A stretch of 62,865 nucleotides of DNA, filler included. It is 6 parts of 6 records of this genome, joined end to end, with 100 filler letters (N's around TTAATTAATTAA, not from the genome) between each part and the next. Parts side by side here need not be neighbours in the genome. Positions count along the whole stretch, not along the records: positions 6,087 to 12,067 come from DRR723986_83260; positions 12,168 to 26,043 come from DRR723986_83332; 4 more parts are not named here. One strand, 5' to 3'. Numbering within the stretch: the stretch's first letter is position 1; each line of letters opens with the position of its first letter. Below, piece by piece: positions 8,664 through 17,528 of the stretch. The notes under the pieces are model-generated. The model was not told the origin of the DNA and did no database searches. It saw nothing but the letters and a program-made list of their open reading frames with translations. The position numbers were made by a program, and so were the translations under genes.

Positions 8664-9592
8664 CTGAAATAGCCACCCTTGCATCTTATAAAAAATCAGA
8701 CATTCGTTCAGCTCTTCGGCGTGGCACGTTGACGCTGCATCTTGGCCCTTTTGCGCATTTAATTTCTGGCGCAAGCGATGCTTTGCTTGATTTTTTGATG
8801 GACACATACCGGGATTGCCGCTTCGAAATGAATCCATCTGACGTTACGGATGTTCAATTGAGCATAGAAGCCCCTAATATACTGCGTAGATACATACGTC
8901 CGCAGATTATTCCCAATCCAGGATTTGAAGTGCCTGCGCTTCCACTCCCCAAAAGCATGGCTGCGCTGGCCCATGAAATGGGTTTAAACCTCTCGGTGGC
9001 CCTTAAATGCTGCAGGTTTGTTAATATTCATGCAGGTGTTGTTGCGGACGGCGAAGGCGCTATTGTAATGAGCGGGGCATCTGGGGCAGGTAAAAGCACA
9101 CTAACGGCCGCTATGCTCCAATATGGTTATCGTCTTTTGTCTGATGAATTTGCATTGCTTGGTATGGACAAGCCAATGCTGCACCCATACCCGCGCCCAA
9201 TTTCTTTGAAACAACAAACAATCCCTGTCGTCCGTGAAATGGTAGGAGATAGTTGGATAAGCAAAGTTGTTGAGGATACGCCCAAGGGCAACATCGCATA
9301 TTACCGCGCAAAACAATCTGATTTGAAACGTGATCAAGAATCGGCCAAAGCTAAATTAGTTATTTTTCCCAAATTTGAAGAGGGTGTTCGGCCTCACGCG
9401 CACCAATTAAACCCGGCTGAGGCTATTATGCGGCTTGTTCCCGCTTCCACGAATTATTCGTTGTTAGGTGAGCCAGCCTTTCGTGCGATGACCGGTATGC
9501 TTGAGAATACGCGTTCTTATGAAATTTCTTATGGCTCGACAACAGATAGCCTTCGTTTAATGGGGGAAATTACGGGTCAAAAATTTCTATGA
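8660..9592 (+). CDS. HprK-related kinase A
   Basis: IHAGVV, Walker A GASGAGKST, LLSDEF, PYPRPISLK. Lacks the N-terminal DRTGG-type domain of true HprK. Confidence 0.88.
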   Translation: MTEIATLASYKKSDIRSALRRGTLTLHLGPFAHLISGASDALLDFLMDTYRDCRFEMNPSDVTDVQLSIEAPNILRRYIRPQIIPNPGFEVPALPLPKSMAALAHEMGLNLSVALKCCRFVNIHAGVVADGEGAIVMSGASGAGKSTLTAAMLQYGYRLLSDEFALLGMDKPMLHPYPRPISLKQQTIPVVREMVGDSWISKVVEDTPKGNIAYYRAKQSDLKRDQESAKAKLVIFPKFEEGVRPHAHQLNPAEAIMRLVPASTNYSLLGEPAFRAMTGMLENTRSYEISYGSTTDSLRLMGEITGQKFL

Positions 9593-10638
9593 TGAACCGC
9601 TCTAGCCTTAAACATATTACCGGACTTGTCCCGTTACCAAAAAAGGTCATGGATCGCATTGCGCTGCTTGTTTATGCCGATGCAAACCATATTGTCGGCC
9701 AAATGGCTTCATTGGTACCAACTTCAGACGGCGGGCGTCTTGATAAAATTTTTACAAATGCTCTATTAAGGGCCGGTAGTGATCATAGAATGCTGCAGTT
9801 TGAGATGAACCGGCTGGAGTATGCACTAAGCGATAGTGATATAGAACCAATAATTCTAAAGGGCGGCGCTTATGTTGCGCGCAGCAAAAAAGCAGGCGAA
9901 GGCAGACGTGTAAGCGATCTAGATATTTTGGTGCCTGAGTCAGACTTGGCAGAGGTGGAAGACAAGCTTTCGGATGCAGGGTGGGAACCACATGAGGAAA
10001 CTGACAATCCTTATGACCAGTCATATTACCGCGAACATATGCATGAGTTGCCACCGTTACGGCATAGGAAGCGCGGCACCATACTAGATGTTCATCATCG
10101 CTTATTGCCTAAAACTGCAAGATACAGTGTTGATGTTGAGTTGATGCAAAGTGTGGCAAAACCCTTAAAGGGAACGCGCCTAAAAACATTTAATGATGTT
10201 GACCTATTTATCCACTCAGCCGTGCATGCTTTTGGGGATGGTTCTTTTGACACACCGGCCAGAAGCTTGGTTGAACTGCATTTATTGTATGATGAACTAA
10301 CGCCGGACGACAAAACAAAGCTTCCGATAAGGGCAACGGAAGTAGGCGCTAAAGTTCCTGTGTCTATAGCTTTGTGGGCAATTGGATGGTTTTTTGCCGT
10401 TGATACCGCGCGGAAGCACGCCAGCCGCTTAATGGGGCTAAGGCGTCACCACCTTTTGCGTTGGGCGATAAAATCTAAAACACTAGTTGGGCCTTTGTCG
10501 GCCATGGCGAAGTCTTTCTTATACATACGCAGCCATTATTTGCGTATGCCAATGCACCTATTGATACCGCATCTGTCTAGAAAAGCGATTGCATGGCGGC
10601 CATTTTCAAGGCCACCGGTCGATTTGCCATTTCCATAA
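9589..10638 (+). CDS. Nucleotidyltransferase family protein (NTP_transf_5-like)
   Basis: PIILKGGAY, GRRVSDLDILV (DxD), HMHELPPLRH, LDVHHRL. ATGA overlap with the kinase. Confidence 0.87.
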   Translation: MMNRSSLKHITGLVPLPKKVMDRIALLVYADANHIVGQMASLVPTSDGGRLDKIFTNALLRAGSDHRMLQFEMNRLEYALSDSDIEPIILKGGAYVARSKKAGEGRRVSDLDILVPESDLAEVEDKLSDAGWEPHEETDNPYDQSYYREHMHELPPLRHRKRGTILDVHHRLLPKTARYSVDVELMQSVAKPLKGTRLKTFNDVDLFIHSAVHAFGDGSFDTPARSLVELHLLYDELTPDDKTKLPIRATEVGAKVPVSIALWAIGWFFAVDTARKHASRLMGLRRHHLLRWAIKSKTLVGPLSAMAKSFLYIRSHYLRMPMHLLIPHLSRKAIAWRPFSRPPVDLPFP

Positions 10639-10781
10639 ATTCGTTGCAATTGCGCCACTTTTTGATGTGTTTCTGCTTGCGTCTTCGGCTGCGCATGGTT
10701 TAAGAGCAAATGAAATTGCGTAGATTGCTGTGGTATTGAAACTTCTTGAAAGCACTACCCACAGAGTAAAAGGTAAGTTTG

Positions 10782-12067
10782 ATGAGTGAATGGCGTCCAG
10801 ATAGCTGGAGAAATATGCCAATTGTGCAGGTTCCGTCCTACCCGGACGCAGCCGAGTTGAAAGCTGTTGAGCAAGAGCTTTCAGGCTATCCGCCACTTGT
10901 GTTTGCTGGCGAAGCAAGAAACTTGAAAGCGCAATTGGCTGACGTGGCTAATGGCAATGGTTTTTTGCTGCAGGGCGGTGATTGCGCTGAAAGTTTTGCT
11001 GAGTTTCATCCAAATAATATTCGCGATACGTTTCGGGTTTTGCTGCAAATGGCTGTGGTTCTTACGTTTGCGGCCAGTTGTCCTGTTGTTAAAGTGGGGC
11101 GACTAGCAGGGCAGTTTGCTAAACCACGATCCAGCGATACAGAAAGTAAGGACGGCGTTGAGCTGCCAAGTTACCGCGGTGATATTATTAACGGCATCGA
11201 CTTTTCTGAAGAATCGCGTGTTCCGGACCCGAAACGGATGCTACGGGCATTTAGTCAATCTGCCGCTACTCTTAACTTGCTGCGTGCCTTTGCGCAGGGC
11301 GGTTATGCAAATCTGATGTCTGTTCATAAGTGGAACTTGGACTTTGTAACCCAAAGCGGTGCAGGGGAGCGATACGGTGAGCTGGCGGATCGTATCGGAG
11401 AAGCGCTTTCTTTCATGCAGGCGTGCGGTATTAACCCAGCAGAAGTTAGGCAGCTTCAGGGCACTGATTTTTACACATCTCATGAAGCGTTGTTGCTTGG
11501 TTATGAACAAGCGCTAACCCGCGTGGATAGTACGTCTGGTGACTGGTATGACACTTCAGCGCATATGTTGTGGGTTGGGGATAGGACACGTCAAACCGAC
11601 GGTGCTCACCTTGAGTTCTTGCGCGGTGTGGCAAACCCCCTTGCCAGCAAGGTGGGGCCAACAACGGACCCTGATGACCTCATTCGTCTTATTGATATCC
11701 TTAACCCTGGCAATGAGCCTGGCCGCCTTACGCTGATTACAAGGTTTGGGGCAAATCAGGTTGAAGAGTTTCTTCCTGGAATTTTGCGTAAAGTTAAAAG
11801 CGAAGGCCGTAATGTTGTCTGGTCATGCGACCCAATGCATGGCAACACGCTTTCTGCAGCGGGTGGGCTTAAAACCAGACCTTTTGAGCGAATTTTACAG
11901 GAAGTTAAGCAAGTATTTGCTTGCCACAAGTCTGAAGGAACATACGCTGGTGGAATTCATCTGGAATTAACTGGGCAGAACGTTACTGAATGTACGGGCG
12001 GCGCAATGGCGATTACGGAAGATGGGCTTTCCTCGCGGTATCATACCCACTGCGACCCGCGTTTGAA
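10782..12067 (+). CDS. Class II 3-deoxy-D-arabino-heptulosonate 7-phosphate (DAHP) synthase (3' truncated)
   Basis: [49 protein letters not shown]. Confidence 0.96.
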
Positions 12068-12167
12068 NNNNNNNNNNNNNNNNNNNNNNNNNNNNNNNNN
12101 NNNNNNNNNNNTTAATTAATTAANNNNNNNNNNNNNNNNNNNNNNNNNNNNNNNNNNNNNNNNNNNN

Positions 12168-12188
12168 CAGCTCCGCGAAGCTGGAGCG
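12168..12188 (+). repeat. 21-nt hairpin CAGCTCCGCGAAGCTGGAGCG, identical at the start (12168-12188) and end (26023-26043) of contig 3
   Basis: Direct comparison of the two contig ends. Stem GCTCC-GC-GAA-GC-T-GGAGC. Confidence 0.95.
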
Positions 12189-12266
12189 AACGAAGCCCAT
12201 CTAACATAGAAGAAATGCTTAGCTTTGTCGAGCAAAACAATTCTAAACGTACTCAAGGCCCGAATA

Positions 12267-13037
12267 ATGAACCTTATAGACACCCATACGCACTTATTCT
12301 CTGATCAATTTGATGAAGACAGACACTCAGTTATTCAAGCCGCTATAAATGCTGGAGTTTCAAAAATGTTATTGCCCAATATAGACCTTGATTCTATAGA
12401 CGCCATGCATCAATTAGAAAAAGATTTTCCTGATAACTGCTTGGCAATGATGGGGCTTCATCCTTGTTCGGTTACTGAAAATTGGGAATCTGAGTTAGCT
12501 GTAATTAAAGAGCACTTATTCAACAGAAAATATATTGCCGTTGGGGAAATTGGAATGGACTTGTATTGGGACAAATCTACTTTAGGCTACCAACAAAAAG
12601 CGTTTGCGCTACAAATTGAATGGGCTAAAGAACTCAAGATTCCGATAGTTATTCACGTTCGAGATGCCTTTGATGAAGCTTTTGAAATAGTTGATCAACT
12701 GAATGATGATCGCTTGACGGGAGTTTTTCATTGCTTTACTGGGACGCAAGATCAGGCACAACATATCCTCAACTATGGCGGATTTAAATTGGGTCTTGGT
12801 GGGGTTTTGACCTTTAAAAACGCAGGATTAGATCAAGTGATAAAAGATATTGAATTAGAACATTTGATTTTAGAAACAGATTCCCCTTACCTGGCTCCAC
12901 ATCCTAATAGAGGAAAAAGAAACGAAACTTCGTACATCACTTATGTGGCATCTAAACTTGCAGAGGTGAAAGAAATTTCTATTGAAGAAGTGGCAGCTGC
13001 TACCACCAAGAATGCCAAGGAGTTGTTTGGGCTGTAA
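12267..13037 (+). CDS. tatD: TatD family deoxyribonuclease/hydrolase
   Basis: IDTHTH, MGLHP, AVGEIGMD, IVIHVR, GVFHCF, LETDSPYL. Confidence 0.95.
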   Translation: MNLIDTHTHLFSDQFDEDRHSVIQAAINAGVSKMLLPNIDLDSIDAMHQLEKDFPDNCLAMMGLHPCSVTENWESELAVIKEHLFNRKYIAVGEIGMDLYWDKSTLGYQQKAFALQIEWAKELKIPIVIHVRDAFDEAFEIVDQLNDDRLTGVFHCFTGTQDQAQHILNYGGFKLGLGGVLTFKNAGLDQVIKDIELEHLILETDSPYLAPHPNRGKRNETSYITYVASKLAEVKEISIEEVAAATTKNAKELFGL

Positions 13038-13038
13038 T

Positions 13039-13110
13039 CTCGACTACGCTCGATTACCGCATTTATAAGCATCTGAGAGCAACAAATTATGCTCGACTTC
13101 GCTCGATTAC
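13039..13110 (+). repeat. Two direct copies of REP-like CTCGACTWCGCTCGATTAC (13039-13057, 13092-13110)
   Basis: 18/19 identical. Each has a TCGA..TCGA internal palindrome. Intergenic, after tatD. Confidence 0.75.
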
Positions 13111-13144
13111 TAAACATGATCAAACACTAAACTTCTTTCATCCC

Positions 13145-13275
13145 GACTTCGACAAGCTCAGTCTGACCGAACAAGCATTTATATCAAAAAGAATCTTTAG
13201 GTACAATGATTATTTAAAACTATTAAATTGCAAGTGGCTTGTAATAAGCACAGTCAGACTGAGCCTGTCGAAGTC
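13145..13275. repeat. Inverted pair of Bacteroidota REP-like units (GACTTCGACAAGCTCAGTCTGAC ... GTCAGACTGAGCCTGTCGAAGTC)
   Basis: 23-nt arms at 13145-13167 and 13253-13275, 22/23 complementary, with an AT-rich spacer. REPIN-like layout. Confidence 0.85.
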
Positions 13276-13453
13276 TTGCCGATTAATATCCTAATCCATT
13301 TACAAAGGATAAATAAATGGTTTGCACCGCACAATCAATTACCCATAACTTTTCAATATCTAAAGCCTTACTTTGTATTTGGCCTTTTTGATGGCGCCAA
13401 AGCCTAGAAAATGTTTATTTTCGAAGCTTTAATTTGATAAAAGACCAAACGTA

Positions 13454-14482
13454 ATGATAAACCCAAAGGTTCTAATAATTTATACCGGTGGCACTATTGG
13501 CATGATCAATGACCCAGAAACCGGAGCCTTAAAGCCCTTTGACTTTGAATCGCTCTATGCGAGCATTCCAGAGTTAAAGCAATTTGATTATGAATTAGAC
13601 ACCTTTTCAGTTGATGAACCAATTGACTCTTCAGACATGAATCCTGAATTGTGGGCAGACATTGCAAGGACGATCTTTGACAACTATGCTAACTATGATG
13701 GCTTTGTAGTGCTTCACGGCACGGATACAATGGCCTTCACAACGGCTGCATTAAGCTTTATGCTTCCAGGATTAAAAAAGCCGGTGATATTTACAGGATC
13801 TCAATTACCAATTGGACAAATTAGAACAGATGGTAAAGAGAATTTGATTACTGCAATTGAAATGGCAGGAATGAAAGATATGAGCGGCAACTCAGTTATT
13901 CAAGAAGTTGCACTATATTTTGAATTTCAGTTATACAAGGGTAATCGTGTAACGAAAATCAGCACCTTTAATTTTGAAGCGTTTAAAAGTTACAACTATC
14001 CATTGTTGGCACAAGCTGGAACCAATATTAAAATTGATCACAATTCGCTATATCGATCGCAAAAAGAAGAACTTGAATTGGTCACGAATTTTAATTCGAA
14101 TATTGCCCTGGTTAAATTATTTCCAGGGATGCCGATTAAATCTATCAAAACGCTCTTTGATTTTTCAAAAGTAGAAGGCGTGATTTTAGAAACTTTTGGT
14201 AATGGTAACAGTTTTTCATCTCCAGAATTTGAGAAGATGATAGCAGATTATATGGAATCGGGTGGAATTGTAATGAATATTACACAATGTGCTCAGGGGA
14301 ATGTAGTGCTCGGATTGTATCAAACATCTGTACACTTCAAACGCCTCGAAGTTATTAGTGGACGGGACATTACAACAGAAGCCGCAGTAACTAAAATGAT
14401 GCATGTTTTAGGACAAACCTCAGATCAAAAAGAAAGAATTGAACTCATGACACAAAACATTTGTGGTGAGGTAACAATTTGA
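13454..14482 (+). CDS. ansA: Type I L-asparaginase
   Basis: IYTGGTIGM, DSSDM, VLHGTDTMA, FTGSQLP. Confidence 0.95.
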   Translation: MINPKVLIIYTGGTIGMINDPETGALKPFDFESLYASIPELKQFDYELDTFSVDEPIDSSDMNPELWADIARTIFDNYANYDGFVVLHGTDTMAFTTAALSFMLPGLKKPVIFTGSQLPIGQIRTDGKENLITAIEMAGMKDMSGNSVIQEVALYFEFQLYKGNRVTKISTFNFEAFKSYNYPLLAQAGTNIKIDHNSLYRSQKEELELVTNFNSNIALVKLFPGMPIKSIKTLFDFSKVEGVILETFGNGNSFSSPEFEKMIADYMESGGIVMNITQCAQGNVVLGLYQTSVHFKRLEVISGRDITTEAAVTKMMHVLGQTSDQKERIELMTQNICGEVTI

Positions 14483-14604
14483 TAACAGGATTTGGTAAGG
14501 AAAAATGCCCTTTGGATTAGCATGAGTTAGAAAATTTTGTACTTTAGCAAACGCTTTTTAGGTATGTTAAAAAGCACCGAACTTTAAAATAAAAACAATT
14601 AAAA

Positions 14605-15441
14605 ATGAAAAAAGTATTAGCATCATTCGCTATTGCAGGTTTTTTAACCTTTGGAATTTCAACAAATTCAATGGCTCAAGATGAATTACCAGTAGAAGGT
14701 GACTCAGCCGTAGAAGCAGTTGAAGAAGTTATTGACGAACCAGTTGTGGAAGAAGTGGAAGAAACCGCGACTTCAGCAGAAGAGGAATCTGCAAACACTG
14801 GAGGTTATACCCTTACAACTGAGTTAAAGAAAAGATTCATTGAAGGTGGACCTTTCTTTATGGGAATTGTATTGTTATGTTTAATTCTTGGTTTAGCCTT
14901 GATTATTGAGCGTATCGTATACCTAAACTTAGCATCTACGAATACTAAGAAATTAGTACAAGAGGTAGAGGATGCATTAGCATCAGGTGGAGTTGAAGCA
15001 GCAAAAGAAGTTTGTAGAAATACAAGAGGACCTGTTGCATCTATCTTTTACCAAGGTTTAGATCGTTCAGAAGAAGGATTAGATCACGTTGAAAAAGCTG
15101 TAGTTTCTTACGGTGGAGTTCAAATGGGATTAATGGAAAAAGGAATGTCTTGGATTGGACTATTCATTGCTTTGGCTCCAATGCTAGGGTTCATGGGTAC
15201 GGTAATCGGGATGATCCAGGCCTTTGATGATATCGCGAAAGCTGGTACTATTTCAGCAACAGTAGTTGCAGGTGGTATTAAAGTAGCCCTACTAACAACG
15301 GTATTCGGACTAGTAGTAGCTATTATCCTTCAAATCTTTTACAACTATCTATTGGCGAAAGTTGATAGTGTCGTAAATGATATGGAAGATGCTTCAATCT
15401 CTTTGATTGATGTATTGATTAAGCACAACGCTGCAAAATAA
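14605..15441 (+). CDS. exbB: MotA/TolQ/ExbB proton channel protein
   Basis: Signal peptide, acidic linker, APMLGFMGTVIGMIQAF and GIKVALLTTVFGL TM motifs. Confidence 0.92.
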   Translation: MKKVLASFAIAGFLTFGISTNSMAQDELPVEGDSAVEAVEEVIDEPVVEEVEETATSAEEESANTGGYTLTTELKKRFIEGGPFFMGIVLLCLILGLALIIERIVYLNLASTNTKKLVQEVEDALASGGVEAAKEVCRNTRGPVASIFYQGLDRSEEGLDHVEKAVVSYGGVQMGLMEKGMSWIGLFIALAPMLGFMGTVIGMIQAFDDIAKAGTISATVVAGGIKVALLTTVFGLVVAIILQIFYNYLLAKVDSVVNDMEDASISLIDVLIKHNAAK

Positions 15442-15510
15442 AAAGTAATCACCCCTGATTGATTAACCTGTTTAGGCAGTGGCAATCAATCAAATTAAAA
15501 ACTTACAATT

Positions 15511-15984
15511 ATGAATGAAAAAGTAGTTGGATTAATAAGAACCGGAGGTGTATTACTACTGTTTTTAATCGGTATTCTATTAATTATGAACGCAATGGGA
15601 ACTTCTGCTACAGTAGATCCTGAAACGCAAGAAGTAATTGAAGATGCTGATAAAGTAACAGGTTCGGTAACATTTGCACTATGGATGGTTTACGGTTGCA
15701 TTGGTGCAATCGCGATTTTCTCAATTTGGGCAATAATTCAAAATCCTAAAAGATTTATTACTCCGGCAATCGGAATAGCAATCTTCTTAGTAATTGGATT
15801 CATTGGTTATGCTATGGCAGACACTACTCCAATTGATGGAATTTTAGAACATCCTGAAGCAACGGAAAGCTCTTTAAAATGGGCTGGCACCGGAGTAAAA
15901 ACAACCTTCATCTTAGTTTTCATTGCAATTGCGTTAATCTTAACGTCAAGCGTGATGGGAATGATGAAATATTTTTCTAAATAA
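15511..15984 (+). CDS. Four-TM membrane protein between exbB and exbD
   Basis: Four hydrophobic segments. Position fits the Bacteroidota exbB-hyp-exbD-exbD arrangement. Confidence 0.8.
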   Translation: MNEKVVGLIRTGGVLLLFLIGILLIMNAMGTSATVDPETQEVIEDADKVTGSVTFALWMVYGCIGAIAIFSIWAIIQNPKRFITPAIGIAIFLVIGFIGYAMADTTPIDGILEHPEATESSLKWAGTGVKTTFILVFIAIALILTSSVMGMMKYFSK

Positions 15985-15994
15985 ATTATTAATT

Positions 15995-16711
15995 ATGGCA
16001 AGAAGAGAATTAGAAGAGATCAATGCTGGGTCAATGGCGGATATCGCCTTCCTACTCTTGATATTCTTCTTGGTAACGACCACCATGGAAGTTGATGCGG
16101 GAATTGGTCGTACGTTGCCATTGAAAAACGATAATCCGAATCCACCTGAAGCTCAGGACATTCGTGACAGAGACATCCTGGAGATTAACTGTAACTCGAA
16201 TGACCAATTGTTAGTTGAAGGTAAACTAACTGTGATTGAAGACTTAGAGGGTATTGTTAGAGATTATTATACGGATAACATGAACGGAGAAACAAATCCG
16301 AAAATGCCGGCATATACTCAAATCAATATCCCAAAATGTCAGCAGGAAATTTCTAAAATCCAAGAGGCTTTAGTAAAAGATCCTGAAAACACATATGCAA
16401 GTACAGAGTTGGAAAAATGGAAAACCAAATTGAAATTGTGTGAAGAATTGCCTACTGGGCAGTATTCTGAGATTTCTAAAATGGCAATTATCCGTTTGAA
16501 AAACCAAGCTGGAACTTCTTATGGTCTTTACATTGAAATTCAAAACATCTTGAAAAAGGTGGTTAACGAATTAAGAGTTAAGCAGTGTGAAGAGATCTGG
16601 CAAAGAGATTACTTTGCGTTGGATGAGGCTGAACCTGAGGATCAAGAAATCATCAAGAAATTGAGAATCTTGGTTCCAGAACGAATTATTGAAGCAAAAA
16701 TTGATAGATAA
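15995..16711 (+). CDS. exbD: Biopolymer transporter ExbD
   Basis: EINAGSMADIAFLLLIFFLVTTTM motif. Confidence 0.92.
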   Translation: MARRELEEINAGSMADIAFLLLIFFLVTTTMEVDAGIGRTLPLKNDNPNPPEAQDIRDRDILEINCNSNDQLLVEGKLTVIEDLEGIVRDYYTDNMNGETNPKMPAYTQINIPKCQQEISKIQEALVKDPENTYASTELEKWKTKLKLCEELPTGQYSEISKMAIIRLKNQAGTSYGLYIEIQNILKKVVNELRVKQCEEIWQRDYFALDEAEPEDQEIIKKLRILVPERIIEAKIDR

Positions 16712-17160
16712 TGGGAAAGTTTAAAAAAGATGGTAAGAAGGGTAGCCCTACGGTTAATACCTCTGCTTTACCGGATATCGTTTTCATGTTATTATTCTTC
16801 TTCATGGTTGCTACAACTATGAAAGAGGTAGACATGCAGGTAGATATCAAAAAACCTATTGCTGATCAAGCTGAAGAAATTGAAGACAAAGATAACGTTG
16901 ACTTCATTTATATTGGTTACCCAATGGATGACAATCAAGGTACAGAGCCTAGAATCCAGTTGAATGACCAGTTAGCTTCAGATGCGTCTAAGGTTGGACC
17001 TTGGAAAATTACACAAGCTAGAGAAGGTAAACGTCCTTTTGACATTGTTACCTCTTTGAAAGTACACAAAGACGTTGGTATGCGTATTGTTTCTGATGTA
17101 AAAGAAGAACTGCGTGATATTGATGCAATTAAAATTAACTACTCAGCAGACGCTCGATAG
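16711..17160 (+). CDS. exbD: Second ExbD/TolR family protein
   Basis: TSALPDIVFMLLFFFMVATTM motif. TAATG overlap with the previous gene. Confidence 0.9.
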   Translation: MGKFKKDGKKGSPTVNTSALPDIVFMLLFFFMVATTMKEVDMQVDIKKPIADQAEEIEDKDNVDFIYIGYPMDDNQGTEPRIQLNDQLASDASKVGPWKITQAREGKRPFDIVTSLKVHKDVGMRIVSDVKEELRDIDAIKINYSADAR

Positions 17161-17181
17161 TTAAAATAATTTTAAAGTTCT

Positions 17182-17214
17182 AAACCCTGATGTTGAAAAA
17201 CGTCAGGGTTTTTT
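17182..17214 (+). terminator. Rho-independent terminator of the exbBD operon
   Basis: AAACCCTGATGTT-GAAA-AACGTCAGGGTTT followed by a T-run. Confidence 0.85.
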
Positions 17215-17301
17215 GTTTTGTCTTTATTGACTACGATTTGTGTCACTCATTAGTATTAAATAGCTCGAGCATTCTAATTTATTATGTGTAACCGGCTTGA
17301 A

Positions 17302-17384
17302 TTCGACAGGCTGCGCCACCTTGCCTTTGCGAAGCTTCGGCGAAGCGCGGCGCTAAAGCTTCAGCGACACGCGGTCAGTCTGAC
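17302..17384. repeat. REP-like unit (TTCGACAGGCT|CAGTCTGAC) interrupted by a GC-rich hairpin repeat insertion
   Basis: The flanks match the 13145/13253 unit. The 63-nt insert holds two related GAAGCTTCGGCG/AAAGCTTCAGCG palindromes, each ending GCGG. Confidence 0.7.
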
Positions 17385-17528
17385 GCTATACAGAATGTAC
17401 TTAAAATAAAGTTCGGGGATAACTGTTCTCGTTACAATCTCGGCAAGCCGAAATCACTCGAACAAACCTTTTGGCCGTCACACCTATAAAATCCCTTTCA
17501 TCAGAGAAGGTCTACTTGAAAAAAAGCG

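Noticed and set aside
8660-9592. Calling the kinase a PTS HPr kinase (hprK) or the cassette a PQQ or lasso cluster
   Set aside because: No PTS genes, pqqBCE, lasso cyclase or transglutaminase-like peptidase are present. The motifs fit the HprK-related kinase A family.
13039-13110. Two 19-nt direct repeats with a 34-nt spacer, superficially a mini-CRISPR
   Set aside because: Only two short units, no cas genes or leader, and the core matches the neighbouring REP-like family.
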